DNA from: Candidatus Bathyarchaeota archaeon | GTDB lineage: Archaea; Thermoproteota; Bathyarchaeia; Bathyarchaeales; Bathycorpusculaceae | Direction: 5' to 3' | Assembly (NCBI GenBank): GCA_963827165.1 | Contig: CAWGZR010000011.1 | Location: 64,001 to 128,000 of the forward strand | Length of the DNA: 64,000 nt | Shown: positions 28,724 to 38,537 of the stretch, piece after piece | How positions within the stretch are numbered: position 1 is the stretch's first letter | Layout of the letters: every line of letters begins with the position of its first letter | Translations under genes and position numbers: made by a program | Notes under the pieces: model-generated | Seen by the model: only the letters and a program-made list of their open reading frames with translations | Databases searched by the model: none | Told to the model about the DNA's origin: nothing

Positions 28724-28726
28724 GTG

Positions 28727-30388
28727 TTAAGTTTGGGTCTGGTTGAAGCGTACTAGGAAGAGCCTATTGGGCATTTGACCAAAGAACGGCTGGTCCGTTG
28801 GGACTCCGAACCTTCCCGTGCTGTAGATGACCTGTAGAATCTGCGCGTAAGTTAACGAAGTGTTGTAAAACGGCGTGTTCGACCCGTAATCGTAAAGAAT
28901 CAAGTATTTGACGTTGCGTTGTTCACATAAGTTTAGGAATTGGGTTATGTTGAAGTCGGGTGTGAAAGTGTCCACGGCAAGTTCTGGGTACTGCCAAATC
29001 TGGTTCTGAGACATGCTTGCCGGCATATAAAACCAAAACATGTCTTGATAAAGCATGTTGGAAGCGCAGACAATCACCGCTGATTGGTTTTGATCTAAAT
29101 GACCTGCAAGATAGTTTGTTGTGGCTTGAATGGGAATGCCAATCTCATCCCTAGCAGTCATTTCATAAGAGTTATAACTAGTGTAAGCTATTGTGGAGGC
29201 AGCGAGGAAAATAAAGATGACCGCCGCAAGCTTCTTGGTTCGAACACCGCTCACATCCAAAGGTTTTGGTTTCCATGAGTGCACTTTCCCATACAGAAAG
29301 GCGACGAAGCTGGCTGCTGAGATGGCTAAAATCGGAAAAAGCACGTCCACGTAACGCCATTGCTTATCCGGGATTGCAGTGAAGAAAGCATAAACCACTA
29401 TGAACCAAGTGAGCAGAAAGACGTCTTGCTTTTTTCGTCGATAGGCAAACAACCCTAAACCGCAAAGACCCAAAGCCATGACTGGTATCGATACGGGATT
29501 GACTGGGACTCCGCTAAAAGGTGCGGCCATCTCAATCAAGTAGAAAACTGGGAGGAAGAAACGGTTGCTGTAGGACGGTCTGTTCTGTCCGCCAACGTTC
29601 ACGACGTAAAGAATGGTTTGGAATTTCGATGAACCGGCAAACTGGTAAATCATAACAAACCAAGGCACCACCACAACAATAGCTATCAGGATTATGACTG
29701 TCAGCTTTAGAAGACTTATTTTCAATCTTTTTCTGCTCAAAAATAGTATGCTCACAAGCATTGCTAATGCCGCAACCAAAATTTGGTATTTTGCCAAGAT
29801 GCCGATGCCCAAGGCTAAGCCGCTTAAAACAAGCGCCTTGTTGCTGTTGTTGCTTATCCAAGTGTAAAAAAGGAACATAACAAGGGTGAAAAAGAATATG
29901 AGTACAGTTTCAAGCAATGTTACTCTTGAAACCCAAAAGAACCCAGGCATAGTTGCAAGCAAAACACTTGCGATTAAGGCATTTCTAGCTCCGTAGATGC
30001 GTTGGGAAAACTCAAACACAACCCAAAGCGCAAGCAAAGCAAAAGTTACTGAAACCAGCCGTCCTGCGACGGCGCTTATGCCAAAAACTTTCAAGTAACC
30101 CGCTGTTATCAAGTCAAAAAACGGCGGATAATACCCGTTTACCGAAAGATACGTCCATGTCTGCCCTCGAGTTAGAAGCAAGCCACCGTAAAGATGAGGC
30201 ATCTCGTCCCATTGAGGCGACATGAATCCTAGGCTTAACGTAAGTAGGTAAGCGTAGAGCACTGCAAAAGCGAGGAAAGCCAACCGCCACTTGTTGGCTT
30301 TGACAGCAAGTTTAAGCTTATTTGCCGCAGAGATGCTGCCTGCCTGTTGGGTTGCACCCTGAGCTGTCTTTGGTTGGTTAATGGTCAG
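28727..30388 (-). CDS. GT-C fold glycosyltransferase (ArnT/PMT family 39-like)
   Basis: 'WDEMPH', 'YYPPFF', 'AGRLVS', 'GILAKY', 'KQWRYV'; many TMs. The frame is open 35 codons upstream of 30283 to a CTG behind GGAGAGAGG. Confidence 0.85.
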   Translation of the reverse strand: MTINQPKTAQGATQQAGSISAANKLKLAVKANKWRLAFLAFAVLYAYLLTLSLGFMSPQWDEMPHLYGGLLLTRGQTWTYLSVNGYYPPFFDLITAGYLKVFGISAVAGRLVSVTFALLALWVVFEFSQRIYGARNALIASVLLATMPGFFWVSRVTLLETVLIFFFTLVMFLFYTWISNNSNKALVLSGLALGIGILAKYQILVAALAMLVSILFLSRKRLKISLLKLTVIILIAIVVVVPWFVMIYQFAGSSKFQTILYVVNVGGQNRPSYSNRFFLPVFYLIEMAAPFSGVPVNPVSIPVMALGLCGLGLFAYRRKKQDVFLLTWFIVVYAFFTAIPDKQWRYVDVLFPILAISAASFVAFLYGKVHSWKPKPLDVSGVRTKKLAAVIFIFLAASTIAYTSYNSYEMTARDEIGIPIQATTNYLAGHLDQNQSAVIVCASNMLYQDMFWFYMPASMSQNQIWQYPELAVDTFTPDFNITQFLNLCEQRNVKYLILYDYGSNTPFYNTSLTYAQILQVIYSTGRFGVPTDQPFFGQMPNRLFLVRFNQTQT

Positions 30389-30871
30389 CCTCTCTCCCTT
30401 TGGAAAAGCATTATTTCAAACCATATAAAAAAGCGTTTGTTAAATCCGCTTTATGCCTCTAACTTTTCTCAAGGACCTGCTCACTCGCTTACAGTTGTCC
30501 GCCTCCCTGTGGCTGTTGAAAACGATTTTAAGGCGGTGGTGCGAGCTCTCAACCTCTGGTTACTTCTGCGAAGGTAATTCTAGGGTTTTTTAATGCAAAC
30601 GTAACATCATTTTATTTCAAAGTCAACGATAAACTATGGTGGACTCGTTCACTCTTTTAAAAGCTTAGGGCATAGATTGGCAATATTTTGCAAATTTAGT
30701 CCCGATTCAAGCTCCATCAAGATCGAATAACGTGAGATTTTGAACTTGCAGGTTCAATTTACTTGCATCAAACCACTTGCGGATCTACTCTTTTACCCAA
30801 AAGAGTCTTATGGCAGCAGCTGAAAATGTATTGAAACCAAGCGTGCTCTAAGAGTTGACAAGTGCCTGAAC

Positions 30872-31582
30872 ATGAAATTGTCGATCGTCATTCCTGCGTT
30901 TAACGAAGAAAAAAGGATCAAGCACACTTTGGAATGCTTGGTCGAACGATTCAACGGTTCATGCGAGATTTTGGTTGTGTCTGAAAGCACTGATAAAACG
31001 AATGAAATTGTAACTGAATTCTCCAAGAGCTCGCCTTATGTGGGGCTTGTGACCTCGTCGAAAAGACTCGGGAAAGGGGGCGCTTTCAAGAAGGGTTTTG
31101 CGAATTCTCATGGGGAAGTCGTCATGCTCCTCGACTCGGACCTTCCTGTTTCAATCTCAGACGTCGAAAAATTGATTTTTGCTATGGGCGAAGTCGATGT
31201 TGCCATTGCTTCAAGAGAGGTCGATGGAACAATAATTTTGGTTGAGCGTCCCTTCACAAGGGAGTTTGCGAGCAAGGCTTTCTCCTTGTTTTTTAATGTG
31301 CTGTTTGATCTAGGCGTGAAGGATACTCAATGTGGCTGCAAAGCCTTCAAAAGGGAAGTGCTGCAAGATGTTCTTTGCAAAGTTGAGAGTAACGGCTTCG
31401 AGTTTGACGCGGAATTGCTCTTTAAGTGCAAGAGAAAAGGGTACACTGTAAAAGAGATTCCTGTAACTTGGAGTTATAAGGCTGACTCGAAGCTGGATCT
31501 ATCTACGGACATGTTGAAGATGGCGATGGGTGTTCTCAAGTTCTGGGCAAAAAACATGCGCCGAACATCAGACTTGAGTTGA
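30872..31582 (+). CDS. GT2 dolichyl-phosphate glycosyltransferase (ALG5/DPM1-like)
   Basis: 'LSIVIPAFNEE', 'GKGGA', 'LDSD', 'DTQCGCKAF', 'FEFDAELL', 'EIPVTW'. Confidence 0.92.
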   Translation: MKLSIVIPAFNEEKRIKHTLECLVERFNGSCEILVVSESTDKTNEIVTEFSKSSPYVGLVTSSKRLGKGGAFKKGFANSHGEVVMLLDSDLPVSISDVEKLIFAMGEVDVAIASREVDGTIILVERPFTREFASKAFSLFFNVLFDLGVKDTQCGCKAFKREVLQDVLCKVESNGFEFDAELLFKCKRKGYTVKEIPVTWSYKADSKLDLSTDMLKMAMGVLKFWAKNMRRTSDLS

Positions 31583-31724
31583 AGACACGTTCCTGAACTG
31601 AAAAACAGCTGCGAAGTTTTCGTCGATTTATTTAAATATTTCCGTTTCTTTTCTCTTTCACGCTTTTACAGTGAGGTTCTGGTTGTGCTGGATATGTCTG
31701 AGAAAAGAACAAAGGAGGTTCAAT

Positions 31725-32216
31725 TTGTCGCAGAAAGATAATAGACGTTTATCGTTGGAAAAAGTTATGAAAGAACACAATTACCAAGAAAGCGCTCTTT
31801 TAGAAATCCTTCATCGCGCCCAAGAGATCTACGGCTATTTGGATAAGGATTTACTTATTGACATTTCTCAATCGCTCAATCTCCCACCGAGCCACGTTTA
31901 TGGTGTCGCAACCTTCTATAGCTTCTTCAAATTTAAACAGCAAGGCCAACACATTGTCACGGGTTGCTTGGGGACTGCCTGCTACGTGAAAGATGTTGAG
32001 CAAATCTTTGAGGCTGTTGAAAACGAATTTAATGTTAAACGCGGCGGATCTACCGCGGATGGAAAGCTCTCTCTTCTTATCACACGATGCATCGGCGCAT
32101 GCGCGATGGCTCCTAACATTGTAATTGATGATGAAGTTGTGGGAAAAGCCACTAAAGAAATAGTTATAGCGAAAATAAAGAATGTGCTTGGAGGGGTTAA
32201 ACCTGAACGTCTCTGA
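31725..32216 (+). CDS. hoxE: HoxE/NuoE-like [2Fe-2S] diaphorase subunit
   Basis: 'AQEIYGYL', 'GVATFYSFF', CLGTAC...RCIGAC; TTG start after GGAGG. Confidence 0.88.
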   Translation: MSQKDNRRLSLEKVMKEHNYQESALLEILHRAQEIYGYLDKDLLIDISQSLNLPPSHVYGVATFYSFFKFKQQGQHIVTGCLGTACYVKDVEQIFEAVENEFNVKRGGSTADGKLSLLITRCIGACAMAPNIVIDDEVVGKATKEIVIAKIKNVLGGVKPERL

Positions 32217-33850
32217 TATCCAACGAATAGCTGAGCATGAACTTGATTTTCAAAGAGCTTACAAATACCGTATTAATGTTTGCTGCTCAAGCGGCTGCGT
32301 CCCATTTGGCGCACTAAAAGTGCTCTCAGCTTTCGAGGCCGCAGTCAGAGAATTGGGCGTGGATAATGAATGCAAAGTCGCGCGTACCGGTTGCATCGGC
32401 ACATGTTCCGTCGGTCCCGCCGTACTAATCGAACCTGGAGACTACCTGTACCAAAACGTAACTCCTGAATCGGTTAGACAAATAGTTCGTGACCACATAG
32501 TTCTAGGATTACCTGTCAAGAACATGCTGTACAAGAACGAAGCGTACTTCAAGAAGCAGCATCGGCTTGTTTTGAGAAACGCAGGGAAAATTGACCCGCT
32601 TAGAATTCAGGATTATATCTCTGCAGGTGGCTACTCTGCAATTGTTAAATGCTTAACATCCCTGAACCCCCAAGCCGTAATTGCCGAGGTGGTAGCGAGT
32701 GGTCTTCGAGGCAGAGGCGGCGCTGGTTTCCCAACTGGGCAAAAATGGACGTTGGTGTCAAGGGCACTGGGAAGCCCCAAGTACATGGTAGCAAATCTTG
32801 ATGAGGGGGATCCTGGTGTCTTTGCAAATAGAACTTTGGCTGAGGCTGACCCGCATGCTATAATCGAAGGCATGCTCATTGCTGCGTTCGCCATTGGCGC
32901 AGAGAAAGGCTACGTTTACATTAGGTCTGAATATCCCTTAGCAATCCAAACTTTGGTGAAGGCAATTGATCAGGCGAAAGTTATGTCATTGCTCGGCGAT
33001 AACATATTGGGAACCAACTTCAAATTTGACCTTGAATTGCGTTTCGGTGCAGGCGCTTTTGTCGCAGGCGAGGAAACGGCAATTCTCAGCTTCAGTGGAA
33101 GGTCAAAGAGCAATGCCTCGTCCCCGTCCACCTTACCCAGCGAACTCTGGCTTATGGAAAAAGCCCACACTTATCCAGAACGTTGAAACATTCGCAAACA
33201 TCCCCCAAATTATACAAAATGGCGGTGCATGGTTCGCGAAAACAGGCACACAGAAATGCTCAGGAACCAAGTGCTTTTCTTTAACGGGCAAAGTCAATAA
33301 TCCAGGATTAATCGAAGTGCCCATGGGAATCACGCTCAGAGAAGTCGTTTTCGAAATCGGCGGCGGCGTTGCGAAAGACCGAAAATTCAAAGCTGTCCTA
33401 GTAGGCGGCCCCTCGGGCGGTTGCCTTCCAGAAACACTGCTGGACCTGCCGATTGACTACGAATCATTAACGAAGGCTGGAGCAATCATGGGTTCAGGAG
33501 GCATAGTTGTGCTCGACGACGAATCCTGCATGGTTGACACTGCACGGTTCTTCACCGATTTCTGCGTTGACGAATCGTGCGGCAAATGCACACCATGCAG
33601 AGCTGGCTTAGCGCGAGTCAAAGAAATATATGACCAAATTACTTCAGGCGCTGGAAAAATGGATGACATCACCAGTCTGGAGAAATCAGGAGTATTGATA
33701 CGTGATGGAAGCCTATGCGGTCTTGGGCAAACAGCACCTAATCCAGTTCTGACAACACTCAGATACTTTAAAGAAGAGTACATCGAACACATCGTCGAAA
33801 AGAAATGCGAAGCAGGTAAATGCTTCAAGAAGAATGAGGAGGAAGAATAA
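32203..33850 (+). pseudogene. hoxF: HoxF/NuoF-like FMN/NAD-binding subunit, split by a +1 frameshift at ~33088 (lesion or sequencing error)
   Basis: N-terminal 2Fe-2S domain, 'GLRGRGGAGFPTG', 'DEGDPG', 'GEETAIL'; the other frame continues 'ASVEGQRAMPRPRPPYP' and 'ESCGKCTPCR'. Removing A33088 joins the frames. Confidence 0.88.
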
Positions 33851-33852
33851 GC

Positions 33853-34563
33853 ATGACCGCTTCAAATCTTCTTAAAATCAAAATAGACGGCGTTGAAGTC
33901 TCTGTTCCCGAAGGCATTACCATTCTGAAGGCGGCCAAATCAAACGGCATCGTTATTCCAACACTATGTTCGCTAGAAGGCTTGGCACCTTACGGCGGTT
34001 GTCGACTCTGTCTCGTTGAAATTGCTGGTTCACCAAAGCTTTTCCCAGCCTGCACAACGCCCGTGGGTCCGAACATGGAAATAACGACCAAATCAGACAA
34101 ATTAAAAGAAAGCCGCAAAATGGTTGTTCAAATGCTTCTCGCAGAGAGAACTCACATCTGCTCAGTTTGCGTCGCCAACGACCATTGCGAGTTGCAGGCC
34201 ATGGCTAAGGAGCTCGGGGTTGAACATGTGATGTTTGAGCGAAACTGGACATCTGACCCAGTTGATTCCACGCATGATTTCTTGGTTATTGACCGGAACC
34301 GATGTATCCTTTGTACTCGATGTATCCGTGTCTGCGACCAAATTGAGGGCGTTCACACGCTTGACCTTAAATTAAGAGGGAAAGATACTGAAGTAATAAT
34401 GGATCTTGACGAGAAATGGGCTAATTCTTGCAGCTGCACTTCCTGCCGAAAATGCGCAAAAGTCTGTCCGGTAGGTGCGATATACATTGAGGGAGAACCA
34501 ATAGATCACACCAAACGTAAAGATGTCGCCGAATTCGTCTTGGCAAGGAGGCAACACAAATGA
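33853..34563 (+). CDS. hoxU: HoxU/NuoG-N-like Fe-S subunit
   Basis: 'IPTLC...GGCRLCLVE...PAC', 'HICSVC...CELQ', 'RCILCTRCIRVC', 'CTSCRKCAKVCP'. Confidence 0.92.
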   Translation: MTASNLLKIKIDGVEVSVPEGITILKAAKSNGIVIPTLCSLEGLAPYGGCRLCLVEIAGSPKLFPACTTPVGPNMEITTKSDKLKESRKMVVQMLLAERTHICSVCVANDHCELQAMAKELGVEHVMFERNWTSDPVDSTHDFLVIDRNRCILCTRCIRVCDQIEGVHTLDLKLRGKDTEVIMDLDEKWANSCSCTSCRKCAKVCPVGAIYIEGEPIDHTKRKDVAEFVLARRQHK

Positions 34564-35102
34564 CCACGAATGCGAAAGTGAGAGTCGCAACCGTTTGGCT
34601 AAGCGGCTGTTCAGGCTGCCACATGTCATTCCTTGACCAAGATGAACGACTTGTCGATTTGGCAAAGGCGATCCAGCTGGTTTACAGCCCGATTGCTGAC
34701 GTCAAAGAATTCCCAGAAAACGTAGATGTTACGTTGATTGAGGGCGCCATAGCGAATGAAGAGCAGCTTCACATGCTTGAAAAGGTGAGAGCTCGAACCA
34801 AAGTTTTGATTTCTATGGGCGACTGCGCCGTAACAGGAAACGTAACTGCCTTGAGAAACTCTTGGCACCACAGTGACCAAGCCGTTCTGGAACGAGCATA
34901 CAAGGACAAAGCTGATTTGAACGCTGCAATCCCCACTGACGTACCCAAACTGCTGATTAAAGCTCGTCCTCTTCACGAGGCCGTCAAAGTCGATTTCTAC
35001 ATCCCCGGATGTCCGCCAAGTGCAGACCTGATTAACTATGTGTTAGTTGAGCTTTTGGCGGGACGAACGCCTAGAATGGAGGGTAAAACAAAATATGGTT
35101 AA
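34560..35102 (+). CDS. hoxY: [NiFe]-hydrogenase small subunit (HoxY)
   Basis: 'WLSGCSGCHMSFLD', 'GDCAVTGNV', 'IPGCPP'; only the proximal cluster (180 aa). Confidence 0.92.
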   Translation: MTTNAKVRVATVWLSGCSGCHMSFLDQDERLVDLAKAIQLVYSPIADVKEFPENVDVTLIEGAIANEEQLHMLEKVRARTKVLISMGDCAVTGNVTALRNSWHHSDQAVLERAYKDKADLNAAIPTDVPKLLIKARPLHEAVKVDFYIPGCPPSADLINYVLVELLAGRTPRMEGKTKYG

Positions 35103-36540
35103 TGCAGAAGAGAACACTAAACAAATCGTGATTAGCCCAGTTACACGAATAGAGGGGCACGCTCAAGTATCCATCTGCCTAAACTCCGATGACTCCGTGA
35201 AAGAAGCACGATTCCAAGTTACTGACTTTCGAGGCTTTGAAAAATTCACTGAGGGACGGCCGTTCTATGAAATGCCTAGTATCACGTCGAGGGCCTGCGG
35301 AATCTGCCCAGTAAGCCACTTGCTTGCTTCTGCCAAAGCCTGCGACGCAATCGTTGGAGTAACCCCGCCCCCGACCGCCATAAAGCTACGCCGCCTGATG
35401 CATATGGGCCAACTAATCCAGTCGCACGCATTGAACTTCTATCATCTCTCTGCGCCGGACCTTCTTTTTGGATTTGACTCTGATCCAGCAACAAGAAATG
35501 TTTTTGGCTTGATAGAGAAGGATCCGAAGCTCGCATTGCAAGGTGTTAAGCTTCGCAAATTCGGTCAAGAAATAATTGAGAAAGTTGCAGGTAAACGAAT
35601 TCACTCGAGCGAATGGATTCTTCCAGGCGGAGCGAAGTGGCCTCTTACTAAGGAAAAAGCTGATTATCTGAGAGCTAATTTGCCTGAGGCGTTGGAAAGT
35701 GCCCAGAAGACCTTGACTTTGTTCAAGAGCTGGCTGGGTAACTTTGATGATGAAGTGGAGAACTTTGGGAACTTCCCGAGCTATTACATGGGCCTTGTCA
35801 CAGCGGATGGCGGTCTTGAACATTACGATGGCACTTTGACTATAATGGACAATGATGGAACTGTGGTTGCAAGGTGCGTTGACCCAACAACTTACGGCGA
35901 CTTCGTCGGCGAAGCCGTCGAACCTTACTCGTTCATGAAGTTTCCGTACTTCAAAGCAGTCGGCTACCCCGAAGGCTTCTACAGAGTTGGCCCACTAGCA
36001 AGGCTTAACGTTGCGTCCCACTGCGACACTCCACTTGCAGACGAAGAATTGAAATGCTTCAAGAAACTCGGCAAAAACGGCGTCGTTCAAAGCACCTTCC
36101 ACTATCACTATGCGCGCCTTGTTGAGTTGCTGTTCTGTATTGAAAAGGCGCAGGAGCTGCTTGAAGACCCAGAAATTCTATCTGAACATGTTACTTCGAA
36201 GGCGTTGGTTAACAACTACGAGGGCGTTGGCGTCGCTGAAGCACCAAGAGGCACCTTGATCCACCACTACAAAGTTGATCCTCAAGGCATGATCACTTGG
36301 AATAATATGATTATCGCGACGGAACACAACAACATCGCCTACAACAGGGCAGTAACGCAGGTCGCCAAAAAATACGTGAAAGCAAAAACGTTGCAAGAAG
36401 GTATGCTGAATCGTGTGGAAGCTGTGATCCGGGCGTTTGATCCTTGCCTTAGCTGCGCGACCCATGCAGTCGGCCAGATGCCGCTTGACATAAAACTGTT
36501 TGATGTAGAGGGCAAACTTGTCGACCGCAAAACACGCTAA
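35095..36540 (+). CDS. hoxH: [NiFe]-hydrogenase large subunit (HoxH, group 3d-like)
   Basis: 'PVTRIEGH', L1 'SRACGICPVSH', L2 'AFDPCLSCATH' plus a cleavable tail; ATG at 35095. Confidence 0.93.
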   Translation: MVNAEENTKQIVISPVTRIEGHAQVSICLNSDDSVKEARFQVTDFRGFEKFTEGRPFYEMPSITSRACGICPVSHLLASAKACDAIVGVTPPPTAIKLRRLMHMGQLIQSHALNFYHLSAPDLLFGFDSDPATRNVFGLIEKDPKLALQGVKLRKFGQEIIEKVAGKRIHSSEWILPGGAKWPLTKEKADYLRANLPEALESAQKTLTLFKSWLGNFDDEVENFGNFPSYYMGLVTADGGLEHYDGTLTIMDNDGTVVARCVDPTTYGDFVGEAVEPYSFMKFPYFKAVGYPEGFYRVGPLARLNVASHCDTPLADEELKCFKKLGKNGVVQSTFHYHYARLVELLFCIEKAQELLEDPEILSEHVTSKALVNNYEGVGVAEAPRGTLIHHYKVDPQGMITWNNMIIATEHNNIAYNRAVTQVAKKYVKAKTLQEGMLNRVEAVIRAFDPCLSCATHAVGQMPLDIKLFDVEGKLVDRKTR

Positions 36541-36550
36541 AACCCAACAA

Positions 36551-36567
36551 CTTTCTTTTTTCTTTTC
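36551..36567 (+). terminator. Oligo-T terminator after the hox operon
   Basis: CTTTCTTTTTTCTTTTC about 10 nt after the hoxH stop. Confidence 0.5.
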
Positions 36568-36661
36568 AATGATTAAACTGTAATCGACACAGCTACGATA
36601 ACAAAAGTACCCATCCGCAACGGACTATGTCAAATCGGAGTTGCTCTAACGGCAAAATCGG

Positions 36662-36823
36662 TTATCTTATTGCTTCGTCTATCCTTGAATCACGCCTTGT
36701 CCGCGTAACTTCCTTGAAAAGCTCCAAACACTCTTTTTTGGTGGGCGCTTCAATGCAGATGCTTCCGTAAGCTCCGATGTCAATCCTATATTTCTTTCCT
36801 TCACCCTCTTCTCCTTGAACCAT
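36662..36823 (-). CDS. Unannotated 53-aa protein (MVQGEEGEGKKYRIDIGAYGSICIEAPTKKECLELFKEVTRTRRDSRIDEAIR)
   Basis: ATG after GAGGTAGGG RBS; CTTATAAG box at 36884-36891; protein-like composition. Confidence 0.65.
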   Translation of the reverse strand: MVQGEEGEGKKYRIDIGAYGSICIEAPTKKECLELFKEVTRTRRDSRIDEAIR

Positions 36824-37052
36824 AATTTACCCTACCTCTTCCTTAAAGTTCCAGACTGATAATGCCCAGTTTCTTCGTGTGCGCTTATAAGCTTAATCCT
36901 TATGCACGAATATATCCAAAACAATACAGCGCCAAAACGATTACTAAAATCGCAGCTTTTTCCTCATTTTAACTTTTTTCTTGATGGTAAATTAAAAAGA
37001 GTTTATAAAATCGCTTCCTAACTTACAGAGTTGAAGGAGCGAGCGATAGGAC

Positions 37053-37244
37053 ATGAGCAGAAAAGAATCATGCGACAACACGGAATATACTTCTGGCTTC
37101 AAAATTACCCATGAAAAAGACGGTTGGTTTGTCGCTGTCAAAGGCGAATACAAGCTTAGAGCTAAATCAGCGAAAGAAATCGATGAAATGATAAAGAATT
37201 TCAATGAGCCAAAGAAAGTAGCTGGAGCAAGACGCAAACCGTAA
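37053..37244 (+). CDS. Small hypothetical protein (63 aa)
   Basis: TTTATAAA box at 37002-37009, GAAGGAG upstream, ATG start. Confidence 0.6.
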   Translation: MSRKESCDNTEYTSGFKITHEKDGWFVAVKGEYKLRAKSAKEIDEMIKNFNEPKKVAGARRKP

Positions 37245-37386
37245 CCATTATCAATTCCTCCTATAGAAAAATCGAGCTCTACCATTCCAGAGCTCATAGA
37301 TGATTTATTCCTGTTTCTCTTCGCTTTTACTCTGTGATGTCTCTGAGCGCAAGAAAAGATTTAATCATAACTTTAATATTGACCCG

Positions 37387-37596
37387 TTATTTTTGGTCGG
37401 GTTCAACTTTGACCGTAATGTTTGATCCCTTTATGCCAGCCAATGGCGGAAGGATGTGGGAGATAAATTGTTCTGCTTGCATGTTCGAACTGTGCCGTTT
37501 TGGCTGTATTCTTTCCAGCCGTCCTCTTCCTTTCGGAACTTTTTGTGTCCTCTTATCTTTCGACAGGATGTAGATAGTGCATTCTGAGTTTTTCAT
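37387..37596 (-). CDS. Small hypothetical protein (69 aa)
   Basis: ATG after AAGGA, directly downstream of the co-oriented 37634-38221 gene. Confidence 0.4.
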   Translation of the reverse strand: MKNSECTIYILSKDKRTQKVPKGRGRLERIQPKRHSSNMQAEQFISHILPPLAGIKGSNITVKVEPDQK

Positions 37597-37633
37597 GATT
37601 ATTCCTTTTGTTGATTGGAATCGAAAATTTGGT

Positions 37634-38221
37634 TTATTGGGCTGTTCTTCTTGTGCCGCAGTTCGGGCAGGTTAGGGTGGTTTCAGGCTTTTCTGTTTGG
37701 CAGTATTGGCATGCAACGAGGCGCACTTTTGGTGGTTCGTTTTGGGGTTTTTCGTTTGGTGGGATGACTTGCAGAATAATTTCTTTGGTTGTTACGTCTG
37801 GTCTCCCGTGGACGGCAATAATCCCTTTGATTTCCCACTGGACATTGTCGGCTGCGGACATGAAGGTTGGGCGAGCGCCTGCAGGTATGGGTACTGTGAA
37901 TTGAAAGCTTTGGGTGACGCCGTTTGCAAGGTCGATGGCTTGGTTGCAGGGTGGTTTTGCTTGATAGAGGATGCGGTTTTCGGTTATTTGCCGGCTGACG
38001 ACCATTTTGAGCGCGGGGTCATACTCGGTTTTCATGATTTGCGCGGTTTCGGTGCATTTGATTTCGCAGCGGATTTCGTCTGCTTGGATTTCTTCATGCG
38101 GCGTAACTGTGATAGTTCCTTCTATGTTTTCGCCTAAGACGCCGTATTGGTCCGACAGTTGCAGGTTGACATCTGCTTTTGGAGCGATTAAGTGGCCTTC
38201 GAGTTTTTTTAGGAATCCCCT
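37634..38221 (-). CDS. SpoOM/arrestin-N-like beta-sandwich protein with C-terminal zinc ribbon; expected start codon reads AGG
   Basis: Frame open 62 codons upstream of 38035: (x)GFLKKLEGHLIAPKADVNLQL...GENIEGTITV; 'FQFTVPIP', 'VQWEIKG...GRPD'; CQYC...CPNCG. Confidence 0.65.
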   Translation of the reverse strand, partial: RGFLKKLEGHLIAPKADVNLQLSDQYGVLGENIEGTITVTPHEEIQADEIRCEIKCTETAQIMKTEYDPALKMVVSRQITENRILYQAKPPCNQAIDLANGVTQSFQFTVPIPAGARPTFMSAADNVQWEIKGIIAVHGRPDVTTKEIILQVIPPNEKPQNEPPKVRLVACQYCQTEKPETTLTCPNCGTRRTAQ

Positions 38222-38437
38222 GGGTACCGCATAATATTTTGAGTTGAGCGCTTAAAAGCTTTTTAGGAAATATAGGCGGCAAGAAGATTGTGTTGGACGG
38301 ATAGGCTTTTCAAAGATGGCTGTAATTGTTTCCTTTTGCGCGAAAGGCTGCCGCGGACTCCTCATAAGGTTTCACTTCTGGGGCTTGTTTTCGTCACGGT
38401 CTTCGGCTTCCACGTTAAGTCGAGGTGATGGCCGTCT

Positions 38438-38537
38438 GTTGACTTTAGTTGACGTTAATTGACTTTTGTTGACGTTAGTTGACGGTAGTCGACTTTTGCA
38501 GACGACAGTTGACGTTAGTAGACTTTAGTTGACGCAA
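38438..38537. repeat. Tandem array of ten 10-bp units, consensus GTTGAC(T/G)TTA
   Basis: gttgacttta gttgacgtta attgactttt gttgacgtta gttgacggta gtcgactttt gcagacgaca gttgacgtta gtagacttta gttgacgcaa; GAC is invariant at unit positions 4-6. Confidence 0.95.

Noticed and set aside
33075-33100. Programmed ribosomal frameshift in hoxF (and likewise mvhA at ~41273)
   Set aside because: No X XXY YYZ slippery site or obvious downstream structure; a simple one-base insertion explains both.
38438-38537. CRISPR array interpretation of the repeat
   Set aside because: Units are 10 bp, contiguous and without unique spacers; no cas genes in the window.
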